Both the position numbers and the translations under genes were made by a program. Shown here piece after piece: positions 14,356 through 24,931 of a stretch of 64,000 bases of DNA. Source of the stretch: Adineta vaga (taxonomy: Eukaryota > Animalia > Rotifera); the NCBI GenBank assembly GCA_021613535.1, contig CP075492.1, forward strand, positions 3,162,001 to 3,226,000. Direction: 5' to 3'. Every line of letters begins with the position of its first letter. Within the stretch, counting starts at the first letter, position 1. Under the pieces are notes generated by a model, which saw only the letters and a list, made by a program, of their open reading frames with translations, ran no database searches and was not told the DNA's origin.

Positions 14356-15514
14356 ATGATAGCAAGTAGAACCCTGAAAAAATTTGTTTTCTTCGTTGTG
14401 ATTGCAGCTGTTGCTGTCCCATTACGATATGGCTCAACAAATCATAAATATATTTTACTACGGTTAATACATTCGGCACTAACAATAAAAAATTGTTTTG
14501 TTGTTGATAAAAATCGACCAACACTTAGTGCAGCTTATCGTGCTTTTGAAGAAATATTAAAGTCCAATAAAGAACCGCCTTATGATCCATTAGCAGATAC
14601 ATTGACAACGATTCAACAACAACGTGCAAGTTTTCCATTGGGTTATATAATTCCTAAACCGTTTCAGTGTCAAATTACAAAGGAAATATTTATATATGGT
14701 GGACACAACGTAGATGCGTATTGGGTTGATCATCGTCAGAAACATTCACAGAAAAGATCCGATAAAATCATACTCTATTTTCATGGCGGAAGCTATACAT
14801 TAGGAGATATTCATTGTAAGTTATTCTATATCTTTACAGATATAAATGATACATTCCGATATTTTGATAGCTTATAGTGGAACTGAATGTCATTATTCTA
14901 AACTATTCAATATGACTATTCTTCATTTGGAATATCGTCTTATTCCTGAGTACCCTGTGCCCTCTGCTCTTGAAGACGCAGTAGCTATCTATCGTGCACT
15001 GCTTGCTCAGGGCATTGAACCATCTCAAATCTTTATTATGGGTGATTCAGCTGGAGGTGGGCTCGCTCTCTTAACAATTCAGTATTTGATTACTCATCAA
15101 TTGCCTGTTCCACATGGTGTTATTGTCCTAGCACCATGGACTGATCTTTCATTATCTGGTGAAAGTTACACACGAAATCATGATACGGACGTTATGTTCA
15201 ATTCAGACAACACAAAATGGGAAGTTAAAGTGATCGTGGATACTCATGCATCGAAATTACCACCAAACGATCCAATATTTAGTCCACTTTTTGGTTCATT
15301 CAAAGGATTTCCACCAATGTATGTGAATGTTGGTACAGCTGACACACTAGAAGATGATGCAAGAGGAGTCGTCAAAAAAGCACAAGAAGCAGGCGTTAGT
15401 GTTACATTTGAGACAGGTTTACATCTGATGCATGTTTATCCAGCATTCTTTGATTACTTTGCTGAAGCACGTCAGACTCTTGATAATATAAACAAATGGA
15501 TTCATTCAATTTAA
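14356..15514 (+). CDS. alpha/beta hydrolase, hormone-sensitive-lipase (Abhydrolase_3) family, N-terminal membrane anchor; intron 14816-14870
   Basis: HGGS oxyanion motif, GDSAGG nucleophile, catalytic D and H (LMHVY); 55-nt GT-AG intron joins the two ORFs in frame (..DIHS/YSG..). Confidence 0.9.
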
Positions 15515-16336
15515 TCACTGATTATACGAAACCCAACGATATTATAATATTCCTAAAACTAAACTCATCTAACTATATTGTATTGTCTTTTCGAAAATAT
15601 ACTTTCTCACATATAATTTCTTAAAAATCGTATGAATCGTACACATTCATAATTATCTATATTCGATTATAAAAGAAAAAAATTGACAATTTATTTCGTC
15701 AAACATTATTCAAGTAGAATAACAAACGATGAAACAACGTCTTGATTTCTTGTGATAATAGTATATCTGCTTTTCTATTTCTATCTTAGATTATGGAAAC
15801 AGTATGATCATACCGTTTTAGATTTGCTGACAAAAGTATCGATTACCAACGAAAGCTTTCTTTAGTCATCCTTTTCTTAGATAAAAATAAAGACAAGCAA
15901 GATTTTTCAAGTTACGTTGTTCGATCATCATTCGTTTTATATTTAATTGAGCAAATGTTATTTTTTCTACAGTTATTGTTTTCTTTCGTCGATATTTCAA
16001 ACAAGTACGAAATTACCTTTTTTCTCCTTTTTCTGCTCAAACAGGTGACGTCATATCTTGCGTAAGTCTTATGTAAATCTCGAGAACTAGCAAAGTTAAG
16101 CAGAACATTAATTAAATCTGCCATACTTTTCTTTTCGAACCTATAAATTCTCCACGCAACTGTTTCCGTTGTTAGATTATGTTTTGTAAGACATTACTCA
16201 GTAAACATTATTTTTACTTTTCGCTTCTGTCTTTTGTTCTAAATAATGAAAAAGAACGATTATTATCTATTCTTCTAACTTGTGAATACCTTTGGAAAAT
16301 ATGTATTAACAATTTTATTCTAGATAACTACTGTTT

Positions 16337-16625
16337 ATGGCCAATACAGACGTTTTACCAGCGATACCAACTTCATTCGTTTATGAAGATTTGGTCGAAC
16401 AAGTTCAAGCGATACAAAATCAACCGATAGAATTTGAAAATATTCCTGCTGAACGATGGCAAAATAATAAAGATATGCGAAAAGAACTCAAATTCCATTC
16501 ATGCACTTTTATTGATCCATATGGAAATGAAATGATCGAAGAACATATCGATCACGAAGCAACGAATAGTATCGTTCGAAAATATCTGAAAAATTAGATT
16601 CAAATTGGTATATTGGATGCAAATG
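16337..16625 (+). pseudogene. N-terminal fragment of an unknown lineage-specific protein, cut off by GPCR copy B
   Basis: 86-aa protein-like ORF (FIDPYGNE..EEHIDHE) after a splice acceptor; sequence switches to the GPCR duplicon at ~16628. Confidence 0.45.
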
Positions 16626-16627
16626 GT

Positions 16628-17881
16628 TTATTTTTGATTTCACTTGAATAGAAGACGTTAATACTTTTCATATATATGTTCTTTGATATATATTAATATA
16701 ATCAATTCTCAAGATTTTTTTACATGAAAATGTCGTTGTTATATATTGGTCAACAAATAACGATTTTTGGTGAATGTTCAATGTTTCTTAGTGGTATCTT
16801 TGGTAATATAATGAATATATTAATATTTTCAACTGCTCAAACAAATCCAGGAACATTTTATTTTCTCGCTGCATCTATGATTAATATCATTTATTTCATA
16901 GGAAATCTATCATTTCGTATTCTAAGTGTTGGATATAATCTTGATTTTACAATCAACTCTGTCTGGTGGTGTAAATTACGAAATTATCGATATATTATGC
17001 TTGGTCCAATTTCATATACTTGTGTTTGTTTAGTCACAATTCTTTATATCTTCATCAAATCCTCGTATTCGACGTTTTAGTAATCTTAAATGGTCACATC
17101 GAATTTTAATTGTTGTCATTATAATTTGGTGTCTTCATGCCATTCCAGTTCTTCTTTACGTAAATAATGTTCCTCCAAATTCGACTTGTATAAATACAAA
17201 TGCAATTTATCGTGTTTATTTAACAATCTTTGGTGTTGTATTTATTTGTGCAATACCAGTAACAATCTCAATCGTATTTGGATGGTTAACTTATCGAAAT
17301 ATTCAACAAACAAAAACTCTTGCTGAACAACGTGCTGATCGACAAATCGTTCGAATGACATTCGTTCAAGTCATACTTATGATTATAGCTGAAATACCTT
17401 ATACGGTTTTTTCAACTTATCTTTTTCTTACAAATCAAAGATTAAAAAGTTATGATCAACAAATGTATGAATATGTTATTATGCAATTGGTTATGTTGAT
17501 TTCATATCTTTGTTTTGTTGTAAGTTATGCACATTTCACAGAAATTTCATTGGATCAATGAAGAAAGAAAACAAAAACAGTTTGTACATTTGATTGTTTT
17601 CTATTGTATTTGTTATCTATGAGTAGATTCTTTATTGTATCATTTGTTTTGTCGTTTATGTTCTCAATTTCTTCGAAGTGTTGATCTCAAATCATGAATA
17701 TATAATGTCATTCTTATTCTTATTCTTATCAATTTTTTCGACAATTTCTTTATATGTGATATATTTTAAAGATTCACTGATCATATTGTTTGTCAATGTT
17801 TAGTAAAACACCAATAATACAAAATGAAAAAATGTTCATAACTTGTTCATTTGTCATTATGCCCACATCCACAACCTTCAA
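16628..17881. repeat. direct duplicate of ~12330-13553 (GPCR pseudogene unit)
   Basis: near-identical from ttattttt..tttc(g/a)cttgaatagaagacg to gtcattatgcccaca. Confidence 0.95.
16724..17520 (+). pseudogene. orphan class A GPCR pseudogene, copy B
   Basis: same TM3 frameshift as copy A; own 9-bp deletion near 16838; retains the TM5 segment lost in copy A. Confidence 0.8.
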
Positions 17882-17882
17882 T

Positions 17883-18992
17883 CTAATTTTTCGTACTATT
17901 TGGTTTTGAATCGTCTTTCTTCTCCCATTCTTGTTTGCATTTTGCTACGAGTTGATCTGTTGTTGGTTGTACACCATTATTTTCCTTAAAAAGAAGAACT
18001 AATATTCCAATATATGCCTCTCCAAATGCTGTGGTAACGGATGCTGCAATACTTGCATCAATTATACCACCAGCAATTGATCCAACACCTGGAATAAACT
18101 TTAATAATGTAGCTAAACCGAGTCCAATAATAGACGCGCCAGCTGCTGTCGTAAAAATTCCCAATAAAGCCATAACAACACTTCGTTCGATCTCAAAACC
18201 AAAAACTGCTGTTATAGATATAATCATTCCTGTTTCAATTGGCACAAGAAGAGCCATATCAGAAAATGGTATTGGTACGGCTGCTGCTGTTACTGCAGCG
18301 GCCGCTGCGGTTACGACAATAGCCTGTGCCTTGATGAGTTTAGCATTAAAATCGACGTTTTGAGCAGCAAGAAAAGCTATTTGCTGTGCTGCTGGGAGTA
18401 ATTCATCTGTCATTTTTACGAGATTTGGAAGTCCCACTGGTGAAATAGGTGGGTATCCTGCGCGCATAACTTTCTCCTTTGCGACAACAGATATGACTTT
18501 CGAATCTTGAAATTTGTTTTGCACTTCATTAAATAAAGTTTCATCTTCGTCGTAAGATTGTGTAATAACAATAATTACTGGTGTGTATTTGGAAATCATA
18601 TTAACAAAGGCTATTTCACCCTCTTCCAGTCGATGCGACATGTGTGATATACACATCCAAGCTATATGAATATGTTCATTTATATCCTTTTTCTTTTGAC
18701 ACTGTTTTATAAATTGACATACTTCATCCATTATTTTTTTATACTCTTTCATTTCAAGACCACGTGAATCAAACAGTGTTAATAGAGTACCAGGTATCGG
18801 ATATTTTTGTATATTCTTTGTAACTGATGAACCCGTGCCAGTTTGTGCTACATCTTTGTTGAATATTGCATTGATGAGAGTACTCTTACCGACTCCAGTA
18901 CGGCCAACAACTATTATATTTGTTCGACCTAACCTTTTTATTTCGTTGTCAATATCTCGATGTAAAGTTTCATGCGTTTGAAGACCTGCCAT
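17883..18992 (-). CDS. TRAFAC (Era/MMR_HSR1-like) GTPase fused to DUF697/YcjF-like hydrophobic C-terminus; bacterial-type
   Basis: intronless 369-aa ORF; G1 GRTGVGKS, G2 VT, G3 DSRG, G4-like TQSYD; C-terminal PIPFSD..LLVPI..GM and LLKFIPGVG..AGG..A...T.AFGEAY. Confidence 0.85.
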   Translation of the reverse strand: MAGLQTHETLHRDIDNEIKRLGRTNIIVVGRTGVGKSTLINAIFNKDVAQTGTGSSVTKNIQKYPIPGTLLTLFDSRGLEMKEYKKIMDEVCQFIKQCQKKKDINEHIHIAWMCISHMSHRLEEGEIAFVNMISKYTPVIIVITQSYDEDETLFNEVQNKFQDSKVISVVAKEKVMRAGYPPISPVGLPNLVKMTDELLPAAQQIAFLAAQNVDFNAKLIKAQAIVVTAAAAAVTAAAVPIPFSDMALLVPIETGMIISITAVFGFEIERSVVMALLGIFTTAAGASIIGLGLATLLKFIPGVGSIAGGIIDASIAASVTTAFGEAYIGILVLLFKENNGVQPTTDQLVAKCKQEWEKKDDSKPNSTKN

Positions 18993-19990
18993 TCGTATTC
19001 ACTGGTACCGATGAAAACTATAAATGAATAGCATAGAAATTGTATTTAAAGATGAGGATCATCATGTCAGTAAAAGTCATTTAGTTTTCTTTTTCTGCTC
19101 ATGCACGTAGACGAAGTAAGCAACTCATTCGAATATAATTAGGTATATACTAACGGCAATGGCTTTTTATCGCGCAATATAGCTTCGGTGCGTCACGGTA
19201 CGCAACACTATTTTGCTATTTTTCTTATTCTTTATTGGATGAAAGAAAAAACAAATATATACATTTAACATAAGTGAAGCGAGCAGCCAATTGATGGAGC
19301 ATTTACCGCAATTTGTCTCAGGTATTAGTAGAGTACGCCATCTATTATCTCTTAACCTCCTCTCACTTTATTTTATTATTCATAGCTCTATATAGTTGTA
19401 CATATGTATATGTCACAGTTGACATGAGAATTTCAGTTGAGATTGGAATGCGCGAAAAAAAAATAGAAAAACAAAATAAAACAGAGAAATAAAAAAAGAG
19501 ATAAATACAATCGAAATAAAATCATAGATAATAGATTTCAAAAAAAAAAAGAAAGAAAAAAAAATTCTTTTTTTCCACCATATTGCTTCTATTATTGAAC
19601 AAAATAAAAATCAATAGAAAATTATCAGTAAAAATCGTTTTAAATAATGCATTCAGTTTACGTTATCATAAACTAATAAAAAGGATTCTTTTATACATTT
19701 CTTCCCAATATTTCACAATTCATCTTTTAATAATACCTTTGAAATCAAATTCTACGTACATATAAATAAATTAAATTATAAGAAAATTGTATTTCAATGT
19801 ATCCCTATGTTAATATTCATTGAATAAGCATAATCCTATTTTTTTCCTGCTCAAATTAAAAACTCATTTATTGAAAAGCAATATAAACACAGCTCACTAT
19901 GACAACATTAATTAACTTAGAAACTACATACATCATTTACTATGTCTTTGTTTTTTCTCTTTTTCTTCTTAATTTATTGAATTCAATTTC

Positions 19991-21979
19991 ATGGAAATAT
20001 TTATTTCGAAACTGAAATCATATATCGATAATCTTGATGAAAAAAAAAGAGAAAAATATACAATCAACAATGATATGTATTATAATATGATGAAAGTATT
20101 AAAAAAAGAAAAAATAGACGCCTCACCAAAATTCAAATTTTGGGTGCGACATACATTTATATTAATGGAAATTGGATCAAATAATGTAATATATAATAAA
20201 AAATCTAATTTGCCATTAATTACACAAGAAAACATGTATCAAAAAATTAAAGATTGCCACACAAACGTTGGTCATTCTGGTAGAGACAAAACATGGAGCG
20301 AGGTTCATACACTAAATTTACTTATAATTAATAAACAGAATTTTGAATAGGTCAAAAAACGATATGCTGGAATACCTCAACAAGCTGTTATTATCTTCAT
20401 CGCCATGTGCGATGCATGTCAAACTAGACGTTCTTTCTATAAACCACCAGCTGGAAAACCAATAGTTTCAATTGGTTTTCTAACTAGATTTCAGGTCGAT
20501 TTAATAGATATGCGAAGTACAGCATATGATGGATATAATTTTATAATGCATTGTAAAGATCATTTTACTAAATTCAGTTGGTTATTTGCATTGAAATCGA
20601 AAGAAGCTAGTGGTGTCGCTGTTCATTTAAAAAACATATTCTATACATTTGGTCCACCTAAAATTTTACAATCCGACAATGGAAAAGAATTCGTGTAAAA
20701 AAATTATTCTATATGCTATTAAATAAATCTTTATTTAGGGCCAATGTCATTTTAAATTTAAAAAATCTATGGCCAGATTTATTAATCATTAATGGACGTG
20801 CACGACATCCACAGAGCCAAGGTCTTGTTGAACGATCCAATGCTGTAGTTCAACAAATGTTAGGTAAATGGCTTGATGTAAATGAAACTTCTGACTGGCC
20901 AAGTGGTTTAGGTAAATGAAATTACAAGATAAAATTCTCATTTCATTCAAAAATATTTTTATTAAAAGGACCTGTGATGTTGGCAGTCAACAACTGTATT
21001 TCACAAACAACAAAGAAAACAGCATACGAAATGGTTTTCGGTCAACCATGTAGAATTGATCATGAATTCTGGTTAGAATTACATAAAGAATCATCGAAAA
21101 ACGATTCAATTGTAAATGAAGAAGATTTACCTGAATCATTTCTCGCAAATTTAAATGCAGTTACAACATCAGTTCGTAGAAATCTAAAATTACGTGTTCA
21201 TTTTTCTTCTTTTATTTACATTTTTCTTTATTCTTTAGACCAACATCGATCATCAACAGATAATTTCTGATGAACAAACATCATCTAGATCATCATTTCA
21301 ATCTGATTTCGATGCACCTACTGAGTACATGATTTTCATTCTTTTTTTCCTATAATTCTAATTCATATGATATTCTTGATTTATAATAGACAATCAACTG
21401 AAACAGCACATAAACGAATACGTGACGAAGCTGAAAAGCATTATATCAATACAGCAGGTACAATTAAAAGATCAATTTTATTTCATTGATACTTGTAAAA
21501 TATAATTCATATCCATTTCAGAACGACAACTAAAAATTTATGAACGTGGTTTGAAAAAACAAAAATCTTTCCAAATCAATGATATTATTGGATTGAAAAT
21601 AGCTGATGTTGACCGTTCACATACAGCACCAAGTATTTTACCTTGTAAAATTATTAAAATTATAACAAAAGATGATTCAAACAATATATTTTATAAACTC
21701 GCCACAGAAGATGGAATTATTAGTGAATTATTTCAATCATCTGATTTCATGGATTTAACACAAACTGTCTCTGCTAATTTAAGAAGAACAGATACAAGTC
21801 AAATACCGATTGTCACATTTATTCAAGCTTGTAAAATATTTACTAAATTCAAAACAAGTAGACCATGTAAATGCGCAGGAAATTGTGATAGTAATCGTTG
21901 TCCGTGTAAGAAACGACTTATGAAATGTTGTACTAAATGTCATCGTGGTAATTCTAATACATGTAAAAACAATGTTTAA
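19991..21979 (+). CDS. DDE integrase/transposase, Ginger2 / KRBA2-SCAND3 type, 7 exons
   Basis: H2C2 finger (CHTNVGHSG...CDACQ), core VDLIDM..DHFTKF..QSDNGKEF..HPQSQGLVERSN (D-36-E), C-terminal CKC...C...RCPC.K....CCTKCH; introns 20303-20350, 20695-20738, 20912-20968, ~21171-21238, ~21326-21389, ~21458-21520 splice in frame. Confidence 0.9.
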
Positions 21980-22635
21980 TTCTTTAATATCATTCAATCA
22001 TTCAAACTGTTTTTCTTAAAATAAATATTCTCGACTTTTATGAAAATCGCAGAAACCATCATTATCAGAACATAAATCATATAAATCAATTTCAGAAACA
22101 AATAAATAAAAGAATCGTAGAAAAAAAGCAGTCACTGTCTTATCATGTGGTTTAGAATTCCCCACATTATTCATATCTTTTAACGCTGTTTTCAATTCAT
22201 GCAATAAATCAGTTTATTAAAGAGCCATTTTTATATCTATTTATTTGATTTCATTAGTTGCTTAGATACGACATATTGAAAATAATTCCGTTTGCATCGT
22301 TAACCTCATCACATTATCATACTTAATAAATAAGAAATCTATTTGTTGACTGAAATAAATATTTCCATTGATTATTTATTTCATTCAATTCGTAACAACT
22401 CATATTTTACTTTCCGTATCATTTACAAACCTATCCTAATCTATCACTGTGAACAAAAATCGACTCATTCAATCTGATATTGCATTGTATGTAACTAATC
22501 ATATCCAATAAATAAATTCGTATTAATATCATTTACTAATCAATTACAAGTATTAATACATAATTCTTAACACCCAAAAATATTTGCTCGAAATATTTCA
22601 TTTTTTTATCTTAATATTTCATTTCAGATAATCAA

Positions 22636-24320
22636 ATGAATAAGAAACATAAAAAATCTAATACAAAGGAAATTGTGAATACTGTTTCAATCGCAACGTG
22701 AATTTAACTAATCTTATTTTCATGCAACAATGATTACAATAATTTTCTTTTTTATCTAGAAATGATAATACCCTACCTATAACAACAACACAAGAACAAG
22801 AACGAGAAGAAGAAGAATATGATGAGAATGACGATCATGATAATGAGAACAATACAAATCCATCACATTCTCTTACAACAACAGGTAATTTATTGCAAAT
22901 ATTCAAAACTTCTCACGTAAATGAGCAAATACATTTATTGTTGTCCTAAAAAAACATAATATAATACTTGCTATGTATATTGACATAATATTTCTAAATA
23001 ATTCAGTTTGACTAAAGACAACCCAATACTACTTGAGGTAGATGTCATGTTGATAGATTTCTTTCTATCGTATTTCATTTATTTTTAGCAGTACAACCAA
23101 TTCTGATTAATATAAATGATATCACTACCGATATAAAATTCGTGTATGTCATTAATACAAATTTTTACAATTATAATGATAAAAATCAGTTCAGTTTGAT
23201 TCACAAATCATTCCTAATATTTTATCTAACTTTATATTCAATCTTTATTTTCAATTTCATTCAAATTTAGATGGAAAATTCATGGATTTGTCACTTGCAT
23301 TTATCCTAAACGAACATTTACAAATTCTCATGGTGTTGGTGAAATTTCAAACTGGGATATAACCGATGAATCAGGTTCAATTACATTGGTGGCATTTAAC
23401 TTAAATTCACATATAATGGCTGATAAATTGAAAATAAATCAAGTACATAATTAAGAAAGAATTTATCACCATAATCTTCTTTTTGTTAATAGGCATATGA
23501 ACTGTCAAATTTAATAATCAGAAGTGCAGTTGATATGTACAAAACATTACCACATCCATTTCAATTAACTTGTACAAATGCAACATGTGTTCGTGATATT
23601 CATCCACCATTTAATATTACACAAATCACATACAATTTCACACCATTGAATCAAATAAACACTCTTCCATTGAATACAATAATTGGTGAGATGTTTCAAT
23701 ATTATCACAGACATTATTCAATTATTCCAAATATAAGATAACACATTTTAATTGAACATAAATCGTCGACAATAAGAAACAAAAAAATTTCGAGCAGATC
23801 ACTAATCAATTTCCCTTTATGCATAAGAAATAAATAATACTAAATACTAGAATCTACATATTAATTAAAAATATCCCACAAAAAATCTATATGAATAATA
23901 TGATTTATAATAATAATTTTTATTTAGATGTTGAAGTACGAGTTCTGCGTGATTTTGGTGTAACAACTGGTACAAAAAATGATTCAGTATGGAGTCGGCG
24001 CGATATACATGTTGATCAAGATGCTTCTCATATTGGTATGACTTTATGGAATGAACAAGTAAAGTAAAATAAATTAATCTATTACTTGAATTAATAATTA
24101 TATAATCTCTTAGGCTCGATTCATAAAAAAGAGTATGATTCATCTTCGATTAAAATTTAAAAATATAAAAATATCTTGGTATGAAGGCATGTAATAAAAA
24201 AACAATTCATATTCTTCACAATATAATTATCGAATAAACGTTTTTATTTTAGGAACACGATTCTTAGTTACTCTACCAAACACACAAATGAAAGTATTTC
24301 GAAATAATTCGATAAAATAA
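22636..24320 (+). CDS. RPA70-like ssDNA-binding protein (DBD-A + DBD-B OB folds) with acidic N-terminus, multi-exon
   Basis: spliced WKIHGFVTCIYPKRTFTNSHGVGEISNWDITDESGSITLVAFN parallels RPA70 [72 protein letters not shown] parallels DBD-B; last intron GC-AG (24187-24252); mostly missed by the ORF track. Confidence 0.8.
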
Positions 24321-24931
24321 CAAAACGTTCTCTCAACAAACAAATCGATGTAAAAGAAATCGAAATCACATTTATTTTTTTATTTTATTTTCATCGATAT
24401 TTATCGTTTCAATGGGATTTGTTTTTCAATCTATAAATATTCAATCTGATTTTCGATTCAATTATTAATTTCGATTCTATTTTATGATAACAATAAAGAA
24501 ATAAGAAAAAACTTCTAAAGGATCTTCTGATAATAAACAAAGATAAAAAAATAAATTCAGCTCTTAATCATCAAGAGAGTTTCTCCATAAGCATGTGATA
24601 TATTGGTGTTGACACCCACATCCTCATACTGACACCGTTCGTTTATTCTGAACAAATCACGCAGACCAAATCGTCTCCTGAGAGAGATGAGATTGTATCT
24701 TCCATGAGCAGGATATATGATACCACTCATATAAATGTAGCAATATGTTCAAGATTCTCTTAGTTTTATAGGAAATTTCTTCGATTTGCAAGAAACAGAA
24801 AATAAATATGAGATTAGAAAATTTTACCACCTTTTTCTCATTGGTTACATCAAATATTTCAAAACGGACAATAGAATCATATCATTCTACATTCCAAAAT
24901 CAAACTTAAATTCGTTACAAAAACAATATCA

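Noticed and set aside
18031-18363. 110-aa plus-strand ORF, and similar shadow ORFs over the NHL, Trk, FG-GAP and F-box genes
   Set aside because: antisense shadows of well-supported genes
19991-21979. LTR retrotransposon or Polinton integrase
   Set aside because: six introns; no gag/RT/RNase H, LTRs, pPolB or capsid genes
22636-24320. Helitron, because of RPA cargo
   Set aside because: no HUH Rep or PIF1 helicase motifs nearby
24676-24715. hammerhead ribozyme (Penelope/Terminon-type)
   Set aside because: ctgagaga does not fit the CUGANGA core and no correctly placed GAAA; no reverse transcriptase in the window
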